The notes under the pieces were generated by a model, which saw nothing but the letters and a program-made list of their open reading frames with translations, had not been told where the DNA came from and did not search any database. Of a stretch of DNA of 64,000 nucleotides, positions 1-9,017 are shown in pieces; position 1 is the first letter of the stretch; the number at the start of each line of letters is the position of its first letter. The DNA is from Candidatus Marinacidobacterales bacterium (lineage in GTDB: Bacteria; Acidobacteriota; Vicinamibacteria; Marinacidobacterales; SMYC01): positions 7,904,001 through 7,968,000 of the forward strand of contig OZ250169.1 in NCBI GenBank assembly GCA_965237955.1, given 5' to 3'. The translations under genes were made by a program, and so were the position numbers.

Positions 1-102
1 CGATCCTTTGCTCGCTTTTTACGTATAGCTTCCCGGGCAAATCGCCGATATGCATCCGGAGATCGGTAGAACATTCTTGAGGCGAAGTATACCCTCCGAG
101 AA

Positions 103-121
103 GGTGCTTCTGCCATCAAGT
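103..121 (+). repeat. IS1-family-like terminal inverted repeat (solo)
   Basis: GGTGCTTCTGCCATCAAGT, with a perfect inverted copy at 2187-2205. Closely related to the IR preceding the IS1-like transposases at 50971 and 58057. Confidence 0.7.
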
Positions 122-150
122 AGTGTTACACCGCTAGAGGCATTTGAATG

Positions 151-283
151 CTAGTCCCCTGGGTCTTTGATTACTATACAAAGTTAGACTTTTAGCCAGC
201 CCATAAGATTCATAAGAGTCATGCACTTAGAATGGTTTCGGCAAGCTCTGCTTTGTCTAGTTGTTTCTGCTACAGGGGACTAG
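151..283. mobile_element. MITE-like element with CTAGTCCCCTG termini
   Basis: CTAGTCCCCTG (151-161) ... CAGGGGACTAG (273-283). The same termini bound 56680-56845. Confidence 0.55.
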
Positions 284-660
284 TGTCAGTTGGCCTGCGT
301 ATGTTGGCGAACGAAATTGTCGGTCAGCCGATTCTGCTTAACTTGACAATAACCGCGGCGACCATGGCAGAAGCTGCATGTAGGCGACGGCGACTCCTCT
401 GCCGCAGGCTCGCCGAAGGTCACGACGGTTTGATCTCGAAGGCCGCATCGATGCCATCGAATGCGAAGACTCTGGTCGCGTTTGCGGAGAGGGTCTGTCT
501 CATTTTCTGAAGGGACACACCTCGCGCGACAGCCAGTCGCTCGGGCTGTTGTGGTGGCATGCCCTGCTCCGCCTATCGCGGAGCGCCATTGGCCGAGTCA
601 CGACCAAGAGGACAACGATGGAGCCTGATCAGAAGCCTGCATGCAGTGCACCCTCAATCT

Positions 661-804
661 TCGCGGTAGGGACCGCCCTTACGGGCGGCCCCCCGCACAG
701 ATCCCAGCGAGCGCTGCTAACGCACTGGGCTCCTACCTCAGGTCATGACGCGCAGTCGCTGTTCGGGATACGGGTGCAGTGTTCGATGCTCGACGACTTT
801 CATC
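661..804 (-). ncRNA. Group II intron 3' remnant (end of RT ORF, domain V and domain VI), truncated by IS903-like element
   Basis: Minus strand encodes ...LHPYPEQRLRVMT* followed by GAGCCCAGTGCGTTAGCAGCGCTCGCTGGGATCTGTGCGGGGGG (DV, AGC triad) and the CCGCCCGTAAGGGCGGTCCCTACCGCGA hairpin (DVI). Confidence 0.85.
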
Positions 805-1890
805 GGCGTTGTTGCACCGCTCTGGCTGAGAGCGAAATCCGCCTATGGTGGTGGCCGAGGTATGTTCGAGCATGAAGTATCCCAAGCGCTGCCAGTACAA
901 GCACGCGAAGCAGAAGAAGTACCACGTTCGCAACTGGGCGGAATACAACGAAGGGCTGCGCCGCCGGGGCGATTTGACAGTCTGGTTTGACGAGGAGGCA
1001 ATCGCGAACTGGAAGGCCGACAAGACCGGTAAGCTTGGCGGTCAACGGGTCTATTCAGACATGGCGATTGAAACGGGCCTGGTTGTCCGGATGGTGTACA
1101 AGCTCGCCTACCGACAAACCGAAGGCTTCTTGCACTCGATCGCCTCGCTTCTCGGGCTCGGTATCGAGATCCCGGACTACTCGACGTTGTGTCGGCGCTC
1201 GAGGTTGCTCCGCAAGAAGCTGCGGATTCCGAAAGCCGCGAGCACTCAACCCATCCACCTGATGATCGATAGCACGGGCTTGAGGATTCATGTTGGAAAC
1301 GCTCGCAAACCGCCAAAGCAGCGCGCATGGCGCAAGTTGCACATCGCCGTTGATCGCGAGACAGGGAACATTGTTGCGTCCGAACTGACGGCGTCACGAG
1401 CTCGCGACGCAACCCGAGTCCCCGCTTTGCTAACACAGATTCAAGCACCTCTAGTGTCGGTGGCGGCGGACAGTGCATACGACAAGGAAGCGGTCTACGA
1501 AGCCATCGAAGCGCACAGTCCTGGACGAAGGACGCGCGTGGTGATTCCGCCGCAACGAAACGCGACGCTCAGTCAGAATTCGAACACCGCCATTGCAGGA
1601 GCGCGATCGCCATATTCGTGCAATCGAAAGACACGGCCGACGTGAATGGTACAAGCTCTCAGGCTACACCAAGCGAAGCATGGTGGAGAACGCGGTCTAT
1701 CGTTACAAGGCGATCATCGGGCCGGAGATGCGGGCTCGAACGTTGGCGAGGCAACGAGTTGAACACCGAATTGGGTGCGAGATACTCAACAAGATGGCTG
1801 CGCTCGGGATGCCCGATACGTACTGCGCCGGGTGACTCTGCAACCGGCACAGGGAGGTCAGCGATTTGCTCCGGGCCGTGCAACATCGTC
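805..1890 (+). mobile_element. IS5 family, IS903 group element A (copy 1), transposase frameshifted near 1593
   Basis: IR GGCGTTGTTGCAC; transposase motif YHVRNWAEYNEGLRRRGDLTVW. An extra T splits the ORF (845-1645/1593-1835). The right IR has 2 mismatches. Confidence 0.95.
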
Positions 1891-2082
1891 GACCTTGAGG
1901 CCAGCATCCCACTCGCCAACGAGGTGACGCTGGCGGTCGGTGGCCAAAACATATTTGACGTTTTCTCGGACAGGATGGACCTTTTCGCTGCCGAGTTCGG
2001 CCTCCCCTACAGCCAGTTCACGCCGTGGGGTTTAAGTGGCGGGTACTACTACGCCCGCATCAACTACCAGTGGGGCCACTAG
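1891..2082 (+). pseudogene. C-terminal fragment of TonB-dependent receptor
   Basis: DLEASIPLANEVTLAVGGQNIFDVF...GGYYYARINYQW resembles the last beta-strands of a TonB-dependent barrel. The 5' part is lost at the IS. Confidence 0.7.
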
Positions 2083-2093
2083 CTGTCATCAAT

Positions 2094-2152
2094 CTATTCC
2101 GAAACGTCCCGGCGTGCCGATCTTGAGTTCGTTTGTATTTTTGGACACGACG
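2094..2152 (+). repeat. Solo right-type terminus of IS481-like family (TCTTGAGTTCGTTTGTRTTTTTGGACASGACG)
   Basis: The same terminus ends at 7937, 21384 (reverse), 21593, 41272, 57421, 59765 and 63113 (partial). Confidence 0.75.
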
Positions 2153-2298
2153 CGTTCGCCGGCACAGGCAGGCCAACTGAAGCAACACTTGATGGCAGAA
2201 GCACCGAAATCAAGCTGTCGTGTGATAGATTCTTGGGTCCGGAAACCGATGCAACGTGTCCACGGGCTTGAGAAATGCCAGGAATTTGAGAGGTTTCA

Positions 2299-2709
2299 AT
2301 GAAAGACAATAAAACGATTGCCGAGCTGACATCGGAGTTGGTGGCACAGGTGGAGAAGCTGCTGCATAAGCTAGTTCCACGAATCACCGCTGTTCTTGCT
2401 GAGCCGGACGCTGCTGAGCCGGACGCTGCCGAGCCAGAGGCTGCCGAGCCGGACGCTGCTGAGCCGGACGCTGCCGAGCCGGACGCTGCCGAGCCAGAGG
2501 CTGCCGAGCTGGAGGTTGCCGAGCCGGACGCTGCTAAGCCAGACGCTGCCGAGCCGGACGCTGCCGAGCCGGACGCTGCCGAGCCAGAGGCTGCCGAGCC
2601 AGAGGTTGCTGAGCCAGAGGCTGCCGAGCCAGAGGCTGCCGAGCCAGAGGCTGCTGAGCCAGAGGTCGACGATGGCGATTCGCAATCCCCGGAAGACCGC
2701 GCAAAGTAA
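2299..2709 (+). CDS. Small acidic protein: N-terminal amphipathic helix + 18 x EP(D/E)AA repeats
   Basis: ATG preceded by GAGAGG; 136 aa ORF; repeat variants mostly conserve the peptide. Confidence 0.6.
   Translation: MKDNKTIAELTSELVAQVEKLLHKLVPRITAVLAEPDAAEPDAAEPEAAEPDAAEPDAAEPDAAEPEAAELEVAEPDAAKPDAAEPDAAEPDAAEPEAAEPEVAEPEAAEPEAAEPEAAEPEVDDGDSQSPEDRAK
2401..2670 (+). repeat. 15-bp tandem repeat x18 (GAGCCRGASGYTGCY)
   Basis: Directly visible tandem array with no spacers. Confidence 0.95.
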
Positions 2710-2819
2710 TGGAGGGCATAGAACTGAGGCAGGGGATATGATTCTTCCCCCGAACGCTGCGGGGATAGAACCCTTCTTCTACCGATGATTAAGTCGAAAC
2801 CCTCGGCCAGAGCGGGGAA

Positions 2820-3084
2820 GCTCGGCTCGGCAAACGAAAGTGGCACACAGAATCGGGCTACAGCAAACGGAGCAAAGTCGAGACAACGTTCCATCGCTTA
2901 CAAGGCTATCGTGGGCTCAGCAATGCGAGCGAGAGGGCTGGCGGCACAGAGAGTCGAGGCAAGGATCGGGTGCAAGATTCTCAACACGATGACGGCGCTC
3001 GGGATGCCTGATAGCGAGATGATCGGATGATGGGAGTCGGGGCCAAGCGAGTTCTCGGCCTCTATCGGAGTTGTGCACCAAGGC
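2820..3084 (+). mobile_element. IS903-group element B, 3' fragment with right IR
   Basis: Matches the reverse complement of about 31413-31680; ends GAGTTGTGCACCAAGGCA. Confidence 0.9.
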
Positions 3085-3130
3085 AGCAGATCTCCGGCCA
3101 GGATGGCCCAGAATGAGCGGCGGTGAGGTG

Positions 3131-3574
3131 ATGTTCCACTACACCCTATCAACCTGCCACACAGAGAAGACGCCACGCTCGGATGTACGACCCGAGATGC
3201 TGGCCGCATTGCGTTCTACCGTCGAGGTAGCCATCGGTGGCAAGGCGGTGCCATTGCCAGGATTCCCCTATTACGCGCTCAGCATCAGGAACACCTGGAC
3301 CGGCGCGGTGGGCTGGCTTCTCGAGGGAGCCGAGCGGCGCGTCCTGGTTCGTTGCGTGACCGCCTGGACGGGCGGGGGCGTGACGAAGGGCTTGGCCTGG
3401 TTGGCGGCGACACTACCGGCGGATCTGGCTCTAGAGTTTCCCTGCTGTCTGGTCAAGCCTGGAGTAGCATTCCTTAAGGATTCCGGCGCGGCTAGTTGTC
3501 TTGATGACGCGGAACGTTGCATTAGCTGGGCGCTCGTCGATGCGAGCGCGCCCGACCCCGAGACGGCGGCCTGA
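3131..3574 (+). CDS. Hypothetical protein
   Basis: ATG preceded by GAGGTG; plausible composition; family not recognised. Confidence 0.45.
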   Translation: MFHYTLSTCHTEKTPRSDVRPEMLAALRSTVEVAIGGKAVPLPGFPYYALSIRNTWTGAVGWLLEGAERRVLVRCVTAWTGGGVTKGLAWLAATLPADLALEFPCCLVKPGVAFLKDSGAASCLDDAERCISWALVDASAPDPETAA

Positions 3575-3641
3575 TTCGAGGCCAGGGTGGGTTGTCCATC
3601 ATCATTATGAGTCCGGGACTGGACTCTAGGGCCCGGACCGC

Positions 3642-3858
3642 TGTCCCTTCCATAAACTTGAGCTGCATGAGATTGTCAAACTGCCTGCAACCAGGACGCT
3701 CTGGTCATCTTCATGTAGGACGTTTTGAGAGCCGGCGTCGGCTCTACTCAGGGGTAGAGGTGTAAGCTGGTGCGAAGTTCTGCAGCCGTCCCGAGCAGAT
3801 CGGACTCAAGCAGCGCGTCGAGTGTAATAATGATGGAGACCACCAACCTTTGGAATGG
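3642..3858 (-). mobile_element. Right end of an IS481-like (rve) element: last codons + ~160 nt tail + terminus
   Basis: Minus strand encodes AIPKVGGLHHYYTRRAA* and ends ...TTTATGGAAGGGACA. Homologous copies at 23257-23480 and 21692-21763. Confidence 0.75.
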
Positions 3859-3977
3859 CGTCCTGTGCCGAAACTCGGCCCTTTTGAATGGTTGGAGAAG
3901 ATTGTGATCCGCAAAAAAGGAAGAACGCGTATCGGCGGGCAGAAGAAAACGCCCCCGATGCCGACACCCCATTAGAC

Positions 3978-4356
3978 TCAGAACTCCTTTAAAACGGCAA
4001 GAAAAATCAAGCGCCAGAGTTTAACTCTTCAACGCAAATGTGAGCCTTTGGCCGTCTCCAAAGGTGCGTCCTCCGAGAGCATTGGGCTCGGCGAGCGTCA
4101 GCGCAAGGGCGTGACGGACTTTTGGCTCGTCCGGCGGCCTGAGCTCAACGACAATCTCGTCGGTCGATCTGTTTGCTATTGTGCCTGGGAGTTGGAGTTG
4201 GAGAATCGAACGGAAAAAAGTTAACCAATCCCTGGGATCTTTGTAGTGCTTGAAGAAGCGGCGGGCCAGTAGGCGCTCGGCATTATAAGTGGCGATTTTG
4301 ATGGCATTAACAAGGTTGCGTCGCTCGGTTCGCATCGTGGCTCGATAATTCTTCCC
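3978..4356 (-). pseudogene. C-terminal fragment of a putative transposase (ISNCY/Transposase_29-like) with its end
   Basis: TERRNLVNAIKIATYNAERLLAR motif; terminal GGAGTTCTGA; truncated by the IS481-like left end at 4357. Confidence 0.55.
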
Positions 4357-4410
4357 CGTCCTGTGCCAAAACTCGCCCCTCTTGAAATAGACCACAAATC
4401 AGCAGCTTAG
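4357..4410 (+). repeat. Left-type terminus of IS481-like family (CGTCCTGTGCCAAAACTCGGCCCTYTTGAAATAGACCAYAAATCAGCAGCTTAG)
   Basis: 14 copies, some truncated: 3859, 4357, 8179r, 15722, 16038r, 17506, 19732, 21798r, 22485r, 23483, 23952, 39250, 40559, 41151r. It precedes the rve transposase N-terminus at 15722, 22485 and 41151. Confidence 0.85.
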
Positions 4411-4527
4411 ACGCCCTTGGAATCCGCCGACCCTTGGGCTGCGTGGCGAGCTGCGGGCAGCGGACTTCGCACCCGGAAGTCCCTCATTAGACTGGACTTT
4501 ATCGAGCACAAGAGCGAACGTTCGGTG

Positions 4528-4959
4528 ATGCCGCAGGATACAGGGGTTGGCCGGAACGTCGTTCTGGACGGTTTGGACTTCGCCAGCTTGCGGCGGGTCT
4601 GGGAGCAGACCTTTGGGGCAGCTCCGCCAAGCTCGCTCTCGCGTATCTTCATGCGCCGCGTTCTCTTGCACGAACGCCAGTGCCGGACCCATGGCGGGCT
4701 TTCGGCCGCAACCCGGCGCGCTCTGGCCGCTATGGCGAACGAGACACCAGGCAACGCCGCTCCCGCAGGGTCCGTTTCTGCCGGCACCCATATCGTCCGC
4801 GAGTGGAATGGCCGGACCTACCAGGTCGAGGTAATCGACAACGGCTATCGGTTCGATGGCAAAACCTATCCGTCCCTCACGGCCATCACAAAGCAAATCA
4901 CCGGCACCCACTGGTCTGGACCACGCTTTTTCGGTCTGACGCCCAAGCGCAAGGCCTAA
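4528..4959 (+). CDS. DUF2924 domain protein (LSR-associated)
   Basis: GTHIVREWNG...YRFDGKTYPSLTAITKQITGTHWSGPRFFGL signature; directly upstream of the LSR. Confidence 0.9.
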   Translation: MPQDTGVGRNVVLDGLDFASLRRVWEQTFGAAPPSSLSRIFMRRVLLHERQCRTHGGLSAATRRALAAMANETPGNAAPAGSVSAGTHIVREWNGRTYQVEVIDNGYRFDGKTYPSLTAITKQITGTHWSGPRFFGLTPKRKA

Positions 4960-4960
4960 C

Positions 4961-6623
4961 ATGAAGAAAATCCGCTGTGCCATCTATACGCGAAAGAGCG
5001 CGGAAGAAGGTCTCGAGCAGGAGTTCAACTCCCTCGATGCGCAGCGAGAAGCCTGCGCCGCGTATGTCGCGAGCCAGAAAGCGGAGGGCTGGGTGCTGCT
5101 GCCAACCGTCTACGAGGACGCGGGGCTCTCGGGAGGAACCCTGGAGCGCCCGGGCCTGCAGCGCTTGCTCGCCGACATCGACGCAGGTCTCGTCGACCAG
5201 ATTGTGGTCTACAAGGTCGACCGGCTGACCCGTTCCCTCTCCGACTTTGCAAAGCTCGTCGAGCGGCTCGAGGCGGCCGGCGCAGTTTTCGTCTCGGTGA
5301 CTCAGTCCTTCAACACCGCGACCAGCATGGGACGACTGACGCTGCATATGCTGCTGTCCTTCGCACAATTCGAACGCGAGGTCACGGCCGAGCGGATCCG
5401 CGATAAGGTCGCTGCCTCCAAGCGCAAGGGACTATGGATGGGCGGCCGCGTACCGCTAGGCTATGAGAAGGACGGGCGCACGCTGCGCATCAACGAGGCT
5501 GAGGCCGAAACGGTCCGGACGCTCTATGCGCTGTACCGAAAGCACGAAACGCTCCGGCAGGTGAAGGCCGAGGCGGACCGTCTGAGACTGCGTACCAAGC
5601 AACGCTTCACCGCGGATGGAACCCGAACGGGCGGGCTGCCGTTCCGTCGCGGACACCTACACTGCCTGCTGACCAATCCTCTCTACGCCGGCCGCATCCG
5701 GCACCAGAGGCGTGTCTACGAGGGCCAGCATCCATCGATCATTGCTCCGGAGCTCTGGGACGCGGTCCAAACGCAGCTGCAGGCAGGGGCTGCCAAACCA
5801 AGGAGACGCACGACGAAGGGCCGTGCAGCCCGTTCCCCACTGGCAGGCAAGCTCTTCGACGAGACCGGGGACCGGCTGACGCCGAGCCACACCAAAAAGA
5901 AAAACGGGCAACGGCTCCGCTACTACGTCTCCCGGCGCCTCATCCAGCACAGTGGCCAAAAGGACCTCTCCGGCTGGCGCCTGCCCGCCCCGATGCTGGA
6001 ACAGACCGTCGTGCATCTCATCCGACAGCATGTGGATGCTACGACCTTCTCGGCCTCGTTGATCCACACTCCGACGATGCAAGAGCTCGCCTCGGTGCGT
6101 CGCTTTTTAGACGGGCTGTGTTCCGGTAGTAATAAATGATAGTGCCTCGGCAGCCCCCCTGCTCCGTCTTATCCGGCGGGTCGACATCAGCCCCGGCTCT
6201 GTGTCCATCCTGCTCGACCGCAATGCGTTCGCTGCTTGCCTCTCTATGGGGCCCGAGCGCATTCGCGAGGATGCACTCCGCATCCTCGCACCGTTCCGCT
6301 TGCGTCGACGCGGCGTCGAGACCAAGCTCGTTCTGGGCAACCCCACGAAATCCGTCGACCGCACACTCCTGCGCAATATCAGAAACGCCCTCTCCTGGCT
6401 CGACCGAATCAAAGCAGGCAAAACCTATGAGCAGATTGCCACCGAAAACGCCATCCAAACGGACCGCGTGCGCAAGGCAATCCGTTATGCCTTCCTGGCT
6501 CCCGACATCGTCCGCGCCATTGTCGAAGGCCGCCAGCCCGTTGGGCTGACCTCGAGCTACCTCTTGCATCATCCGCTTCCCGACGATTGGGAGAAACAGC
6601 GAGTGCTCGTCAAAACGCTGTGA
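4961..6623 (+). pseudogene. Large serine recombinase (copy 1), +1 frameshift near 6135
   Basis: AIYTRKS catalytic motif, VYKVDRLTRS, recombinase domain. Reads AATAAATGAT here versus AATAATGAT in the intact copy. Confidence 0.92.
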
Positions 6624-7388
6624 GCCTGCCAGCGCCCACTTCGTGAATGGGCTCGGTTAGCAGCAAGCTGCTCTCCGACACTGGCCTCCACCAATCAGCC
6701 TCAAACTGGCCCAAATTCCCTGTCATGGTTTCCAGACTCGGATAGCTCCTTGTACTGGACCGTCTGCGGAGTCATCTTCGTTTCCTCCGTAAAACTCCGC
6801 TGGATGAATTCGAGGTTTGGCCAATTCGAATTCCGCTATTCGCCTTCTCCTCAGGCGCGATCTAGGCGTTAAGCGTCTTCTCATTGTCTGCGCGATTAAG
6901 TGGAAAAACGTCCCGATAAGCCCCAAAATCGCCCCAAATTGCACGTTAATGGCTTGTTTAGCTCTGTTTCTGATCGTTTCCAGCCAAGAACCGGAAGCTC
7001 CACTCGAGCCTCCCGACTGCGATAGCCGGAAAGATGTTCCCGTCGACGAACATTCGCTGATGAGACGTAAAGCCTTTTGCGACAATGAGTAATGGTCGGA
7101 GCCGCCTCCGGAGGGCTTACGACACGGCCCTCTTTCAAGCGTCCAGGAGGTTGAGATTGCCGTATAAGAAATTTGATTGAAGCAAATTCGATTCCGGCTC
7201 GGAACGAGCACCCGCCGATGAGATGTGCGGGGACCAGCACGTGGTGGCTTCCGTTAAGTCACTGTAAAAAAACAGGATAGAACGCTGTGGGCATCAGGGC
7301 TTCTCTGAGTTTTCGCTACATTGCCCCAACCACGCGCACGGCCAAAAGTTCGATCCTGACTCCCAAAATTGCCAAAATACCTTTTGCC

Positions 7389-7422
7389 GAGACCGGATGG
7401 CTCGAGACTGCACCATCCACCA
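7389..7422 (+). other. tRNA-3'-end-like motif (possible att-related site) in LSR module
   Basis: GAGACCGGATGGCTCGAGACTGCACCATCCACCA; the copy at 28181-28214 ends TCCGCCA. Confidence 0.35.
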
Positions 7423-7626
7423 CCCAGTCTTGCAAACTGTGGCACTGCAGAGACGGATGAGATTTTCCGCGCGGTTGGCGGGGTTTTGCAAGGGTAGGTG
7501 GCACCAGAGATGCGCTAGAAGGGCGGAACTGGCCTCATTTTCGGTTTTGGTCTCTAATCTCGATTTTCGAGTGCCACGTTTGCGCCAAATTGGGGAGAGG
7601 GCGCTGACCGGGCCAGCGGGTGGCGG

Positions 7627-8060
7627 GAAAAGAGGCCGCCCGAGAGGCTCAGAATCGAGGCCGGGGCTACTGCCGCGTAGCTGGCCTAGCACGTTCTGGT
7701 CCAGGTGTGGCCCTGGCCTCCTTTAATGTCCATCTTTGCCCAGGACCTGGATCCAGGTCTTCGCCCAGGGAGCGTAGCATCCCGTTGCTGGACGGTGTTT
7801 TCCCTGCGCGTGCGGAGAACCCGAATCGCCGACATCGCCTCCGACACGCCCCTGATCTGGGGCTCGCCACGGGGTGATGACGATCGAAACGGCCCGGCGC
7901 GCCAGTCTTGAGTTCGTTTGTGTTTTTGGACAGGATGGGGGAGCGGGTCGCTGACAGGGCCGTGCAGCGTCGGAAAAGAGGCCGCCCGAGGGATCCAGAA
8001 TCGAGGCCAGGGCTACCGTGGCGTAGCCGGCTAGCACGTTCTGGTCCAGGTGCGCCTCGG
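7627..8060 (+). repeat. Two ~85-bp direct repeats (7627-7712, 7972-8056) containing CTAGCACGTTCTGGTCCAGG
   Basis: Visible by alignment. A third copy is at 28418-28510 and a half copy at 56326-56360. Confidence 0.8.
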
Positions 8061-8468
8061 ACTCCAGGCTCCCTGTTCGGCGGCCTGTTAAAATATACTG
8101 CCATGGCCCGGTCGCAAACACAGACACTAAACTGCTGATTGGTGGTCATTTCAAAAGGGCCGAGTTTTGGCACAGGACGGGGTACCGTGGTGTAGCGGGC
8201 GAGAAGTGATTCGGGCGGTAGTCCCGCACGGCACGGCTGAGAATCGCGAGAGATTCGAAGCTGTGATGCTGTGCTACGTCTCTCTCTATGAGCGTACCCG
8301 CGACGGGTACATCGGCGACGTGCTCACCCGGATCGGCTTGCGCTTCGGTGGCGAGCTGCTGGCGGCCTACGAACTCCAAACCTAGCGTTTGCGCTGATGA
8401 GAGGGGCGGGCGTTGGCAGACGCAGCTAGCTCGCGCACAGCGTCGCGACGCGCGCGCTGAGCATCCGC

Positions 8469-8573
8469 GATCGGGCCAGGCAGTACAGCATCCGGATCAA
8501 CGCGCACGGGCGGATTTATTTCCGGTGGTAAGATGACGGGCCAGGCGAGGTGGAGATCGTGGACTATCACTAG
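8469..8573 (+). pseudogene. higB: HigB (RelE/ParE-type) toxin remnant
   Basis: DRARQYSIRINAHGRIYFRW*DDGPGEVEIVDYH* matches the HigB C-terminal pattern; in-frame TAA at 8529. Confidence 0.85.
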
Positions 8574-8585
8574 GAGGTCAAACCG

Positions 8586-9017
8586 ATGACCGCGAACAAC
8601 GGTATGCGGCTGGTGCATCCAGGAGAGATCTTGCGTGACGAACTCCAGGCGCTCTGGCTGTCGGCCAATGCGTTGTCCAAGGCGCTGGATGCACCGGTGA
8701 ATCGGATCACGGCGACCCTGCACGGGCAACGAGGCGTGGCTGCCAACACGGCGGTCCGGCTGGCGCGCTATTTCGGGACGACGCCGCAGGTCTGGCTGAA
8801 CCTGCAAAAGACTCATGAGATGCGCCGCGCGAAGATCGCCGTGGGCCACCGAATCGCCGCATGCGTGAAGCCCTGGTGTACCCGGCAGCGTAGGCCGGGC
8901 GTGGCAGGAAGCGGTCAGTCGCGCGTCGATGCCGGCGGCCGATCTGGTCGAGTGACAACGACCACGCCCCGATCCGTCAGCGCGCCGGACGTTCTGAGAG
9001 GTAACGGATCTCGATGA
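8586..9017 (+). CDS. higA: HigA family antitoxin (HTH-XRE), aberrant C-terminal extension
   Basis: HPGEILRDEL...ALSKALD...RLARYFGTTPQVWLNLQ; RBS AGGAGG upstream; follows higB. Confidence 0.88.
   Translation: MTANNGMRLVHPGEILRDELQALWLSANALSKALDAPVNRITATLHGQRGVAANTAVRLARYFGTTPQVWLNLQKTHEMRRAKIAVGHRIAACVKPWCTRQRRPGVAGSGQSRVDAGGRSGRVTTTTPRSVSAPDVLRGNGSR

Noticed and set aside
2401-2670. CRISPR or iteron array
   Set aside because: It is an in-frame 15-bp coding repeat without spacers.
7389-7422. tRNA gene
   Set aside because: No cloverleaf or TTC loop is present; only the 3' end is similar.
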